A DNA stretch of 63,237 nucleotides, filler included, from Octopus bimaculoides (Eukaryota): the NCBI RefSeq assembly GCF_001194135.2. It is 8 parts of 8 records of this genome, joined end to end, with 100 filler letters (N's around TTAATTAATTAA, not from the genome) between each part and the next. Parts side by side here need not be neighbours in the genome. Positions count along the whole stretch, not along the records: positions 35,926 to 38,356 come from NC_068989.1; positions 38,457 to 59,273 come from NC_068984.1; 6 more parts are not named here. The stretch is one strand, 5' to 3'. Position 1 is the first letter of the stretch; each line of letters begins with the position of its first letter. The notes beneath the pieces were generated by a model. That model was not told the DNA's origin and searched no databases. It worked only from the letters and a program-made list of their open reading frames with translations. The translations under genes were made by a program, and so were the position numbers. Of the stretch, positions 36,134-49,777 are shown piece after piece.

Positions 36134-38301
36134 ATCTAAATACGCAGGATTTTAATGGGAGCTGCGATAAGTTTCATGCTCTGATAATACAATAGTCGGA
36201 CGAGCTTGTATAATGTGTCATGCAATATCCGGCAATCAATGAACCGTGGTACAAAAATGTTTGTGCTGTGGTTACGCATCACTGCCCTACACCGTTTTAA
36301 ACATGTCCTTAAGCAGAACTGTCGTAATAGAATGTCTAGGCTCGCGACAGACGGGGACCAACAAAATTTCCTAATTGTCACCAAATTACAGTTTCGATTA
36401 ATCTTAGGACCTGTGGCTTCTCGGGGCAGCTGTCAGCAGTGTTTGCGTCAGTTGAAGACGCGTAGCTTAGTCGTTAGGGCGTCATACTCATGACTGCAAG
36501 GTTGTGGTTTCGATACTCGGAGTGGGTGGTGCTTTATTTTTTTTTGTAGCAAAGCACTTCGTTTCATGTTGCTCTATTCCACTTGATTGTAAATGAGTAA
36601 TTCTGCGATCAACTGGCATCGAATTCCCCATTCAAGGGGAATATTATGACCTACCTCGGTCACTCATACGCAATGGAAACAGGGTATGTGGCCGTATAAT
36701 TCCTGGGGCTTTGTGTTCTGTAACGTTGTTAGTGTTATTGTTGTTGTTGATGGTGATGATGATTGATGATGATTGATGAAGATTGATAATTATGATCATG
36801 ATGATCATGACGACGAACGAGTGGGTGTAGCTAGGCTCAAATAAATATACAAACACAGCTTACCGCGCCTTCACCACCACCACCACCACCACCACCGCCA
36901 CCACCGCCACCATCAGCACAACAACCACGCCTCCACCACCACTACCACAGCCACCACGATCACGACTATCACCCATATANNNNNNNNNNNNNNNNNNNNN
37001 NNNNNNNNNNNNNNNNNNNNNNNNNNNNNNNNNNNNNNNNNNNNNNNNNNNNNNNNNNNNNNNNNNNNNNNNNNNNNNNNNNNNNNNNNNNNNNNNNNNN
37101 NNNNNNNNNNNNNNNNNNNNNNNNNNNNNNNNNNNNNNNNNNNNNNNNNNNNNNNNNNNNNNNNNNNNNNNNNNNNNNNNNNNNNNNNNNNNNNNNNNNN
37201 NNNNNNNNNNNNNNNNNNNNNNNNNNNNNNNNNNNNNNNNNNNNNNNNNNNNNNNNNNNNNNNNNNNNNNNNNNNNNNNNNNNNNNNNNNNNNNNNNNNN
37301 NNNNNNNNNNNNNNNNNNNNNNNNNNNNNTATTACTACTACTACTACTACGTTCTCACCCCCTCCCCCCCGTCGCATCTCCTCGTGCTCGGCTCGATGAC
37401 AACCATTTAGCGACATATTGTCTGCTTGTAACCTGATAGAAAGAGAGCGGGGTGGGGTGGGGAGGTGTAGTGAGAGGTGACTAGTGTGTCAGAGGAGGAG
37501 GGAGAGGAAGAGAGAGAGAATTGGAAGTGAGGGAGAGGGAGGAGGAGTCATGTGACATGATGGTTGTCGTTGTTGTTGTTGTTATTGTTGTTCTTGTTTA
37601 GCTCCAAAGCAGTTCTGATCGAGCTAATCTACGATCAAAGACAGTCATGCAGTGACCACCACGCCGTCTTCAATATATCTACGACGACATTCTTCGATGC
37701 ATTTTTCTTCGTGCCTTACTTTTATAAAACTAGCACAATGTGTTTTGAGGAATTTTGGCTATTATTTCTAGCAGATCAACTGAATATGTATAGGTTCTAT
37801 CGTTGTCTTGTGGTAATGAAAGCAGTAGTGATGGTGGTGGGGGGATGTAGTAGTAGTAGTAGTAGCCGCAGCAGCAGCGGTGGCGGCGGCGATGGTGATG
37901 GTATTTCAGAAAGAGCTGCTTTCCGGCTGTTGGAATTATAGTCGCTCGGCGTTGTAGGGATTAACGGATAATCTTGCCTCTCCTATTACAGAAACGTCTC
38001 TCATGGCAGAAGCAGACAAAATGGAAAAGGCGTTGCTGCCCCCGGAGGGTAGCGAGGGAGATGCGTTGGAACGACCACTCTGACCCACGGGGATCGCACT
38101 GGCGGACAGCAATCTCTGCCCCGATGGCGGTGAGCAGGGATATGGCCCCCGGGGACCAAGGACGCCGTCGATGTCAAGTGCCACATCCTTAACCATGAAC
38201 CTAAAGCTGAAGACACTTGCCCAAGGTACCGCGCAGTGGAACTGAACCCAAAACCATGTTGTTGCGAGGCGAAGTTCTTATCCACTCAGCCATGCTTGTT
38301 T

Positions 38302-38356
<55 letters not shown>

Positions 38357-38456
38357 NNNNNNNNNNNNNNNNNNNNNNNNNNNNNNNNNNNNNNNNNNNN
38401 TTAATTAATTAANNNNNNNNNNNNNNNNNNNNNNNNNNNNNNNNNNNNNNNNNNNN

Positions 38457-38541
<85 letters not shown>

Positions 38542-38750
38542 AAGGCAGCAAGCTGGCAGAATCATTAGCATGCTGGACAAAAATACTTAGCAGTATTTCA
38601 TCTGTCCTTACATTCTGAGTTCAAATTCCACCAAGGTTTACTTTGCCTTTCATCCTTTCGGGGGTCAATAAATGAAGTACCAGTGACATACTGGGGTCGA
38701 TGTAACTAGCCCTCACAAAATTTCAGGCCTTGTGCAGATAATAGAAAGGA
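38542..38750 (+). mobile_element. SINE family A, directly after (TTA)n 38458-38540
   Basis: Head and core homology. Confidence 0.85.
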
Positions 38751-38839
38751 TTTTTATTCTTATCATTTAGCTACTCAAACCTTGAAATTCCTTTTGCTCT
38801 GATTTTTGTAAAGGAATTCATCTTGCTAAGAATTTTATG

Positions 38840-39145
38840 GAATCTTTTACATACATACATACACATACACTCACACACAGAGGCATGCACACACACACTT
38901 TCATACATACATACATAGACACTCACACACACACAGACACACTTACACACATACACACAAATACACACTCACTCACACACATACACACGCATGCACACTT
39001 ACATACACAAACGCACACTTACACACTCACTCACACACACATACACACGCACACTTACTCACACACACACACTTACACACACTCACAGATACACACACAC
39101 GTGTGCGCACACACACACACACACGTGCACACACACACACACAAG
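38840..39145. repeat. Degenerate (CA)n tract
   Basis: Directly visible. Confidence 0.9.
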
Positions 39146-39589
39146 TAGTAATTAGTACATGTAATTAAGCACAAGCATACACACTCAACGGTAAGTATGC
39201 ACGTAGCATTTTGACACTCCATTCCTAACATAACTATCATTTCCTTGTTTTCAACTTCACTGACCAAGAGGTTTCAATTTCATATGACCTTTAGATTTCA
39301 AAATAAATTACAATCTTAATTTACCTTCATTATATTCGTTTTCATTTCCTTTTTCTACCCTTAGCCTATAAAAGCCTTTTCAACTCTATGAATTAAAGCT
39401 TAATTTACTACCAGTATCTGAAAATAAATGAAATTTATAAATATAGTCTTATGTAAACAAATTCAAGAATATCCATACGTATTCTCAAAAAGTTTCTGGT
39501 ATAAATATCTATGAATTCTGTCATTTGATTACTGTTTCAATAATGCTGGAGAGGCAAAACATGAAGTCACAATCAACCTCTATGCATAT

Positions 39590-40395
39590 AATAATAATAA
39601 TAATAATAATAATGAAATTATTGTATACAGTGCTCAGGTGCACTACAACTTGTCAAAAGTGCGTATAAAGCATATGCAGTAATGTGCAAATGTCTGGAAA
39701 GTGAACAGTGTATGAGTCATATACATGCTTGTGTGTGTATGGAGGGGAGAAAATCAGGTGTAGTGTTGGTGAATCTCAGGAAGCATGGAAGTTTTGAAGG
39801 ATGCAGTGCTCCGACAACTAACAACCGATGCCGGCAGTTTGTTCCATACTTCAGCAACTCTTAGCGTGAAAAAATGTTTCCGAAAGTCATGGGAGCTGTG
39901 GTGTTTTCTAACTTTGTAAACATGTCCACGGGTGTTAGACAGGTGGAGTTTGAAAAGGTGCTCAGAGTTATTGTTAGTAAGATGGTTAATAATCTTGTGG
40001 GTGTCTGCCAAGTCAGTTGCCAGACGTCGGAGTTTCAATGTATCCATGCCCCGAGAAGTAAGGCGTTCAGAATATGGCAAATGCCTGATGGAGGGTATTG
40101 TCTTGGTTGCACGTCACTGAACGGTTTCCAGATGATTAATATCTTGGGCAAGATAGGGGTTCCAGACCGGTGATGCAAATTCCAAGTGAGGCTGCACCAT
40201 TGCTTTATAAAGCCTCAGATAGATAGCCGGAGAGCAGTTCACAAAGGACTTGGTAAGTGATGCGAAGACACCCTCAGCTTCTTGGCAATTTTAGCAATGT
40301 GTTTTGTCCAACTCAAATTGCTGTCGACAATAATGCCCAGGTCACGTTCTCAAGAAGACTTTTTGAGATTAGTGTTGTGGAGGGAGTAAGTAGAC
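39590..40395 (-). mobile_element. CR1/L2-group LINE, 5'-truncated, with 3' UTR and (ATT)n tail
   Basis: ERDLGIIVDS, LYKAMVQPHLEFASPVWNP, YSERL..TLKLRR..DL, TRGH, FFTLRVAEVWNKLP motifs. Confidence 0.92.
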
Positions 40396-40599
40396 ACTGG
40401 GTTTTCCCTCTATGACAAGTATCCAGTCCTTTTATCAGCAAGTGTTTATTATTGTTCAGTTTAGCAACCTTAATAATAACACATGCACATGCATGCGCAC
40501 GCACACACACACAGACACACACATACATACACACACACATGCATGTACACGCACACATACACACGTATATATATGTGTATACACATCCACATACATGCA

Positions 40600-40870
40600 T
40601 ATCTGTGTGTGTGTGTGTTTATGTATATATCTATGTGTGTCTTTGTGTCTGTGTTCATTCCCAACCCATGCCATACCACTTGACAACTGGTGTTGGTGTG
40701 TTTATGTCCCCATAACTTAATGGTTCAGCAAAAGAGGCTGATAGAATAAGTACTAGACTTTAAAAAAAGAGTCCTTGGTTGACTTATTCAAGTAAAAAAA
40801 AAGACCTTCAAGGTGGTGCCTCAGCATGACCACAGTCAAATGGCTGAAACAAGTAAAAGGTAAAAGAAAA
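40600..40870 (+). mobile_element. SINE family B 3' half
   Basis: Homology to the family B 3' block. Confidence 0.7.
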
Positions 40871-40934
40871 CAAAAGATATTGTCAGAATATCTGAAGAAA
40901 AGTTGTTTTTTTTCTCTTTATTTAAAATATATAT

Positions 40935-41321
40935 GTTGTTGTTGGCACTCCGTCGTTTACGACGTCGAGGGTTCCAGTTGATCCAATCAACAGAACAGCC
41001 TGCTTGTGAAATTAACATGCAAGTGGCTGAGCACTCCACAGACACGTGTACCCTTAACGTAGTTCTCAGGGAGATTCAGCGTGACACAGAGTATGACAAG
41101 GCTGACCCTTTGAATTACAGGCACAACAGAAACAGGAAGTAAGAGTGAGAGAAAGTTGTAGTGAAAGAGTACAGGAGGGTTTGCCACCACCCCCTGCCAG
41201 AGCCTCGTGGAGCTTTAGGTGTTTTCGCTCGATAAACACACACAACGCCCGGTCTGGGAATCGAAACCACGATCCTATGACCGCAAGTCCGCTGCCCTAA
41301 CCACTGGGCCATTGTGCCTCC
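40935..41321 (-). mobile_element. tRNA-derived SINE family C, full length
   Basis: Reverse complement of 57316-57692; head TGGCCCAGTGGTTAGGGC..GGTTTCGATTCC. Confidence 0.88.
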
Positions 41322-41832
41322 ACTAAAATATATAAAACAAATCTTTAAAACAACAAAATGACACAAATCTTTTTGAAGGAATTCTCATATTGTGTAAGTG
41401 CCTTGCATGTTTATAGGTTTTCAAACACACCTGTTACACGAAAATTGGTAAAGAGGAAGATATTTTTAGTTATGATGTTGACTATTTCCAGATTAATTTT
41501 GCATTTAGAATTCTCATAAAGCATTCTTCTTTTGTTTTTCATACTTGATCATTTTTTTCTCTCTATTTTCAACAAAAACAGGAAATATTTTTAATTTTCC
41601 AGTTACACAAATGTCTAAGTGTTTATCACATGGGTAATTTCCAAGTGTTGGATCTATGATTTGCTGCTTATGTACCTTAACCCAACGAATTAATTTTGAT
41701 TCCATTTAGCCAATATAATTCTCACTGCATTGTAGACGTTCTTGAATTTTATGGGAAGGAATTGAAAGTTAAAGCAAATTTGAATTGCAAAACACTTAAT
41801 ATCATTTTCTGTGTCATATGCTTTACATATGA

Positions 41833-41865
<33 letters not shown>

Positions 41866-42819
41866 ACAGAGAGTATGTGCATTGAGGAGAAGGAGGAGTA
41901 GGAGAGAGAGGCAATGTAAATTTGCATCTGAACATTGCTGTCTAGTGAGTTCTGTCAAATAGCTGCTGTTGTTCCATCTAGAACAGATGTAGCTATCAGC
42001 CAAGTCTACAGTAAGAATTGCAGCACCACATGCCTTTGTTTTTCACAGCCTTCAGGGGCTAATGCTAATGCCCATGACGGCTTTAAAAACCAGCTGGAGG
42101 AGGGCACTTATCCTTGGTAGTTAGCATAAGCCTGAATGTATGGAATTCTTAAATGGATCCTCAGTTGCTGTCTTCCTATTGGAGCTTTTCATAATACTGT
42201 TGTTTTCGTAACAATTTTCTCATAATTTTGCACAAAGCCAATTTGTTTTAGTAATGTCCTCTCATTTGTTACTCCTGTGGCAAAAAAAAATCCTTATCAT
42301 TAATAATAATGATATTCTTAAGGTGGATCATTGACAGATTTGTTAGAGTGTCGGATAGATTTAGTTGTATGAGTCCAAATCCAGCTGAGGTCAACTTTGC
42401 TTTTCATTCTTATGAGGGTCAATAACAAGGTACCACTCGAGGGTGATGGACTTGCAGTACTGTTAGAGGACCTGCAAAGACTGTATTGGCCCAAGTCATA
42501 TACCAAACTGTATTGGCCCAAGTCAGTGGCCTCTCTCTTGGATAAACATCAATGGTATGAAGACAATAAATTAGTAATAATGGGGTATCTGCAAGTTTTC
42601 TTTAAAAAGTTTGGCCCAGACCTGCATGTACAGATACATGGTCAATATTGACTAACAGAGATCTTGCATAATACTCTTCACTAATGAAGACTGGGTCTTT
42701 GAATTCACTTGTGGATCATTCCAACCCATAGTATATGATATCTCCTCTATCTCAGGTATCTCCTCTAACTATAGTAGTCTACTTTTCAGTTAAAACAGAG
42801 ATATCTTTGTTTTACTCTT

Positions 42820-43192
42820 TTACTCTTTTACTTGTTTCAGTCATTTGACTGCAGCCATGCTGAAGCACCACCTTTAGTCGAGCAAATCGACCCCGGGACA
42901 TATTCTTTGTAAGCCTAGTACTTATTCTATCGGTCTCTTTTGCCAAACTGCTAAGTTACAGGGACATAAACACACCAGCATCGGTCGTCAAGCGATTTGG
43001 GGGGACAAACACAGACACACAAACACACATATATATACATATATACGAAGGGCTTCTTTCAGTTTCCGTCTATCAAATCCACTCACAAGGCTATAGTAGA
43101 AGACGCTTGCCCAAGGTGCTATGCAGTAGGACTGAACCCGGAACCATGTGGTTGGTAATCATGCTACTTACCACACAGCCACTCCTGCGCCT
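42820..43192 (-). mobile_element. SINE family B, near full length
   Basis: Homology to 60595-61012. Confidence 0.85.
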
Positions 43193-43305
43193 ATGTTTTT
43201 TTTTTTTTTTTAAATATTTATTAGGGTAAGAGGATATTGTGAGAAGTGTCAACCACTTCAGTCACTCAGCTGACTGGACCAAATATAGATCATACTAGTT
43301 ATTTC

Positions 43306-43528
43306 TATTTCTTTATTGCCCACAAGGGGCTAAACATAGAGGGGACAAACAAGAACAGACAAAGGGATTAAGTCGATTACATTGACCCCAGTGCGTAACT
43401 GGTACGTATTTAATCGACCCCGAAAGAATGAAAGGAAAGTCAACCTCGGTGGAATTTGAACTCAGAGCGTAACAGCAGACAAAATACCGCTAAGCACTTC
43501 ACTAACGATTCTACCAGCTCGCCGCCCA
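43306..43528 (-). mobile_element. SINE family A with long tail
   Basis: Reverse complement of 59508-59742. Confidence 0.85.
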
Positions 43529-43631
43529 CTGGTTATTGATGTTGTAAGTAGAGAGGCCAGCCATATCACCTTTGACCCCTGGCATGCACAAGATCAAATT
43601 TGAGAGGAGACCAATCGCGTAATCAAAATAT

Positions 43632-43945
43632 TGTTACATTTGTAGTAACGCCGTGCGCATGCGTGGAATTAAACAAGCAAGCGTTTCCCGCTCAATTCAT
43701 TCTCTTTCTCGCTGGCCAGCGATTGAGNNNNNNNNNNATTCATTCTCTTTCTCGCTGGCCAGCGATTGAGCATGGATGTATTTAAGCTGTCTCTCTACAT
43801 CTTTCGGACTTACACTCGACAGCTCGCGCACAACTACAGAGCAACGTCCCAACAACTATGCTCATACACACAGAAGTGAATAAATGTTGTTTAAGTTGAT
43901 AGTCTGGAGTTCAGCATTCCGTTATATTCTTAATTTTATAGTAGG
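43632..43945 (+). mobile_element. Possible solo LTR
   Basis: Starts TGTTACA; TATTTAAG TATA-like motif and AATAAA; CpG-containing; 3' end not clear. Confidence 0.35.
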
Positions 43946-45639
43946 AAGTCAGGTATACAATCTAAAGATGTATAACTCACTTTCTACTAAACATTAATCA
44001 GTACACATATACAATATATCAGCTTAAATCTTCCTTAATGAAGTCCTTACAGTCCTTGAAATTGAGACCATATTTAAAACTAGCTGAATCCCTCAACAAC
44101 CATTAACGACTTTCAACATTGGAAATGGCAGTCAACACAAGGAACAACAGGTTCATTGAAAAGTTGAGATGGTAACTTGGTTTTATATGGGAACAACACG
44201 CAACCTAAACTATATCCGGTACATTTTGTTTATCTCACCCCCATTAAAAAATTGGGTTTTCTACCCACACCCGTTTGACAAGAAATATCGATACTTTTGG
44301 TCATCTCCTTCAGTTATAAAAATTGTCTAACCCTCAATAAAACAAGAGAAAAAAAATGAAAAAATTAATAAACATAAAAAGAGAAAGGATGAAACATCGT
44401 TTTGAATCTGATAATATTTTTATAACAAATCATACAAAACTGAAAAAATTAATAAACATGAAAATGGAAAAAATTAATAAACAGGAAAACTGGAAAAATT
44501 AAACAACTTATTGAATCTAATAATATTTTTATAACAAATTATACCATGCCTACTGAGGAGGCCAAAAGTCAACAATGTGTTGAAGTATTGAATCAAAAGG
44601 ATCTAACTCTTTTAATCCAATCTCTTGTCGCCACATTAACTCAATTTTTTAGTGGGGATGTAGCTCAATTTTTTAATGGTGGGTGGGAATTACCAAAAAG
44701 TACCCGATATCCAATTACCTATCAATCGACTAAAGTTACAGGCTGATATCACAAGAGTTAAATTGCAACAGCAATTATAACAACACCCAAAACAACAACA
44801 GCAACAGAAATAGTATCACGAGTATTAACAACGACAATAACATCAACAACTGCAACAATGAATCGACATGGACACCTAAGTGGTTGCCTAAACTGCAAGA
44901 AATAGCAACCAAATCTCCTTCATATCATACCCTACGTTTAAAAAAAAACAGAAGGACGAGTCTGAGAAAGAAAGTCATTCACAGTTGCAATAACAACAAC
45001 AATAACAGAAGCAACTATCCGACTTTAATTGAACGTAGTAATATTAAGATCAGACTAATATTGTATATTGCTTGGTTTCAATTATTATCAATGTACATAG
45101 CAATCGATTAGATGAACGACAACTGTTTCAGATGGAATGAGGCCAGAATACTGACAAACAGCAATTCAACTGTATCCACCCTGGAACATGAAGGTTGAAA
45201 TGAGCAGTTAAAAATACAAACTTCTGTAAGAATGTATGAACAACAATTAGCAACGGAACGAAGTAGGATACTCCGAATTATATTGATCCGCATTTATATG
45301 GATTTACTGGAAATATTGCAGCAGTTACACCAGCCTATGAAGAGCATGCTACAGTGGTCAAGAACCAGCTTTACGTTCATTTCTGATAATGTTATCACCA
45401 AAAAAAAAATATCTCAACTTCAGATTTCACATGAAAGAAGAATTTTTTCTATGAAGGTTTTAAAAACAAGGAAGCGGTATGTAATCAGTTAGAGGATTAC
45501 TTCATTAATAAGACAATCATATAAAATAGTCTTCATGGCATGACCATTTAATTAGATTGCATAATATCGTCATCGAAACGCATGCAACTCTAGTGCAATA
45601 CTACATCTCCCTGCATTGTTAGGAGGAACTCCTTTGTTC

Positions 45640-46520
45640 GCGATTCTTGCTTCGTTTAACATCATTAAGAGTCGTGTTAGTGGTATCAACATTTGCTTCA
45701 TTTGGTGATAGGATATCCACGGTCATCGATCGTTGCAAGCCGGTTTTCTGATTATCTAGACTTGGTCTTGCTTCCTATATTAGTTTAGAATCTCTCTTCA
45801 TTCTCGGGCATTTTCTTATTTGGCCACTGTGCACCAGAACTGTTCTGTAATTTTTGTTAATGACTAGTTACGTATTTCAGTTCCTCTGAATTAGATATCG
45901 AACCTTTTCTAGTATTTTGCCGCGTTTTGAGATATACCAAAGAAGTGCACCAGTTGCAAAAGGTATTGTTGAAGGTACTCAAATTCTGCGTACCATCAAT
46001 GCAGAAGGGCTTTGCTTTGTTCCAGCTTGGGGATTCGAAAGGTAACCGACTAAAAAATTCGATAAGTATGCGTCAAAAGATCCAAATTATTTAGAAAAAT
46101 CTTTAATTCCCATTTTCACAGTTTGTATCATTTTCAATCTGACCTGACTGTTAGATGGTATGGTGATTCTTAAAAGATTTGCAGCTTATCTTAAGCCACT
46201 TTAACAATGTCTCGTTGCAGAACTTTGCAGCATTGTTGGAAACCATTATATGTGGAATCCCATTCCTAACATAAATAGTTCTCAAAACTATCCCAACAGT
46301 TTGATAAATGAACCGTTGAATTGTTTGCGGTTGGTATTGTAAGAGCTTAGTTTCATCCAGACGTTCCTTGAGACAAAAATAACATTGCTACCAGTGTTTT
46401 CTTGCATCTGTACTTCAATATTGTTTAATTTAATGGAGATCAGTGAGTTGGAATCACTGACTCCGATGTTAGGGACATAACTTCGACTCCTGGTCACGAC
46501 TTGTATCAGCATAAACTTCG
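45640..46520 (-). mobile_element. Ty3/gypsy pol remnant: protease segment joined directly to integrase segment
   Basis: VQMQENTGSNVIFVS (decayed DTG motif)..NGSFIKLLG, then RNGIPHIMVSNNAAKFC..QS.GQ.E (cf. GIP..IVSDN..F..PQSNG.AER). Confidence 0.7.
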
Positions 46521-47022
46521 GATGCTTTCTTAAATTCTATCCTAGAAGTCAGGTAGACAGATTGAAAATGCTTCTTCTTACAAATATAGTATATCTTTCC
46601 CTAAAGCAAGACACTTTTCCATATTATGGGTATAGTGACAAGACTTATGTGTGACTGTTTTCTGACAATTCTTATCGACATGTGATATCAACAATTAATT
46701 TACCGTATTGCTGGTTTGGTTTCAAATTTTGGTACAAAGCCAGTCAGTTCGGGGGTGGAGCTAAGCCGATTACATCGACCCCAGTTCTCAGCTGGTACCA
46801 CTAGCGTACCAGAGTGTGTGCCACCCGGGGCGGCCTTTCCGTTTGCCACCCCCGAACCCACAAAAAAAAAAAACACATTGCCTACAGCAGACCCAAAAGT
46901 ACCGCCCCTTTAAAAGCGCTGCTCGGGGCGGACTGCACCTATGTAGAACATAGGCATGTAAACAACTACGTGAACAAAAGACACAATAGTGAGGACAGGC
47001 GTGTGGATACTCAGGCAATATA

Positions 47023-48060
47023 CGAGGGGATGTTCAAAAGTTATAAACCCAAACAAAGGGAATAGCCACAAAACTTTTGTTATATTCCACGTATTCACCC
47101 CACACTCCAATACACTCAACAGTTCGCCTCACAAGCTTCTGTAATCCTTCTCCTGAAAAATCATATTAATGGTCACTGAAATACCATTCTGTTATAGCTA
47201 TTACTTCAAAATCACCGGAAAATTTGTTCGTTTTGAAACTTATTTTAAGATTTGGGAATAGAAAATAGGCCGACGGAATTAGATTTAGTAAGTGGGATGG
47301 ATGGTATAGGCTTTTACAGTTTTAGTGTTCACAGCTTCAATAACTGAAAAAGATTTAAAGCTGTTTTCCTAGCCCGGAGAACAGTAACACTGTTCTGTCA
47401 AAAGAGATCAGGTTCCGTAGCTTTCTTTCAGTGCCTTCTTTAATTGACGCAGCACTTTAGGCTAATATTCTGCATTCACTGTTAGGCCCTTCTGAGGATA
47501 GTCAGCAAAATCTCATCCTTATTCTACAAACCTGTAACCATGACATTTCTAGTTGACTGTTGGGTCTTGAAATTATTTGGCCCAAGAGAACCCATGTGTC
47601 ATCATTCCATTAATTGTTGGTTGATTTCAGGATCATAGTGGTTTAACCGAAATTGCTGAAATTCCTGCAAAATCCATTTTGAAGTATTGTTCGATTTTGT
47701 ATGTGATCAGCTTTCAAGCATTTTGGCTGGTAATTTCTGCATACCTAAATTTTGAACCTAACGCGTTTCCTGGATTTCTTTAGTGTTTCAGCAATTGGTT
47801 TGGACGAAATTCGTCGATTAACCTAGATTAGGTCCTGAATTTAATCAACAATTTTAGGAGTTGACATCGATGATGGCCATCCGGACTGTGATGTGTCTTT
47901 GGTCTCAAAATCTCCAATATTAAAAGTTGTCACAAAACTTCTTAACCGTTGATTATGATGAGCACCTGTCATCGAATGTTTGCCTAATATTCTCATGGAT
48001 TTCTTTTGAGAGATTTCTTCTGCAGGAACAGGTATTTCGTAATAGTTCCAAGTCTAACAT
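47023..48060 (-). mobile_element. Decayed mariner transposon
   Basis: TA|CGAGGG terminus at 47021-23; minus-strand remnants resembling KVM.TVFWD..G.LL.DY..KG.TVNAEYY and SYSTVKKW. Confidence 0.6.
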
Positions 48061-49213
48061 ATGAAAATTTTACACTTAAAATGGAGATATGTTTAAATTA
48101 AGGATCTGAAATTATAAAATATAGAGAGTAAAATTACTGTACATTTGCACTTTATACTATAAAGGATGCTCTTTCCAGTTACAGTAAATGCATTCAGGTT
48201 TTGAGAAATGGGTTAAATCGCGAACTTGTTAGTACAGACTCTTTCTCTTCTTAGACAGCAGATTACAATTTTAAAAACGTATCTACTTTCCTGCCCAACA
48301 AAAATTGTTTCTATATCAATTTGCCTTTTCTCTTTGAAGGCACCAATTACAGAATACCTCCCTGCACTCTGTCTATCCCGTATTTCCTTTCTACGCGACT
48401 TTACTCTCTCTCTACCCGTACCAAACCATTTTGAACACTCAACTTTCAGAACATGTCATGAACCAACGTTACAGTATTAGATAAGGCAGTCCTAGATACA
48501 ATGTATGTAAACAATACAGGATGGCCATGCTGTAATTTATATCTTAGATATACTCACTTAGAGCTCAAAAGAAGTTAAATAATAACAAAACAGTAACATC
48601 TTGTTATTTATATGAGTTTCTTATTTCAGAAGTCTACACTCTATGATCTACAAGCCAGCGAAAGAGTTTCTACATGCTCACACAATCTGCTCAAATTACA
48701 CTCTATTTTTTTTTTTTTAAATTAACAGTTTGGACAATGTAGTCTTAGATATGCTAAAAGCGGAACGATTATGGCTAGAATGAATTTGATCATACATCTG
48801 CTATTCAGGGTTAACCCGGGGCTAAACAGCAACGACTTCATCGGTTATGGCACAATGCAATCTTAGATATACTAAGGCGGGATGATCATGGATAGAATGT
48901 CTTTGATTGTAGATCTGTTCATTCAGGGTTGACCTGGGGCTAAACAACTTTATGAATTAAGGTCAATACCCTCTACTTGAAACAAAATTAAGAATAATAA
49001 ATACTGCATTTGATGGCATATAAGACTCATTCCATCCCACTCCCAAAATGTCTCAAAAATCACAAGTCCTGTATGCGAAGTTAGGTCTATAATACATATT
49101 TTTTTCATGAATATGCGCTGCTAAAATTGGGTTGCGTCTAGTATGCTCGTGAGTCTTCTATGGCATAAAACCCCCACAATATAGCAGAAATAGTAGGATG
49201 TCGGAGGAAATTA

Positions 49214-49777
49214 CGAGGGTGAGTCAAAAAGTAGTGCCATTTTGTTTAGGACTGTTATAATTATTAACACAGGAACATGTATCATACATCAAAATGAATC
49301 TGGTCCTCAGTGGAACACATCCCTACTTCTCAACATAGTCACCGTTTCTCTCAATAGCAATGTTCTACCTGCGAATGAGAGCATGTATCCCTGCCTCGTA
49401 AAATTCTGTTGACTGTTCTTTGAACCACTTCTTCACTACAGTTTTCACTTCCTCGTCACTGAAATAATCTTTGCCTCTCAAACCCTCTTTCATGGCTGAA
49501 GAGATGATAGTCCAGTGACGATGATAGTCCAATGACGAGGAAGTGGAAACTGTAGTGAAGAAGTGGCTCAAAGAACAGTCAACAGAATTTTACGGAGCAG
49601 GGATATATGCTCTCATTCGAAGGTGGAACATTCCTATTGAGAGAAACGGTGACTATATTGAGAAGTAGGGATGTGACCCACAGAGGACCAGCTTCATTTT
49701 GATGTATGACACATTTTCCTGTGTTGGTAATTATACCTGTCCCAAACAAAATGGCATTACTTTTTGACTCATCCTCG
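49214..49777. mobile_element. Fold-back mariner MITE built from two inverted 3' ends
   Basis: About 246-bp arms 49214-49459 and 49532-49777; TA TSD at 49212-13 and 49778-79; arms encode the transposase C-terminus FSDEEVKTVVKKWFKEQSTEFY..GI..L..RW. Confidence 0.92.

Noticed and set aside
41677-41705. Alternative first coding exon MESKLIRWVK|gtacat (minus)
   Set aside because: Weak acceptor; shows how easily phase-compatible pseudo-exons arise here.
42480-42525. 19-bp direct repeat with an 8-bp spacer
   Set aside because: Ordinary small tandem duplication with no associated element.
43693-43770. About 33-bp direct repeat across a 10-N gap
   Set aside because: Typical unmerged contig overlap rather than a biological duplication.
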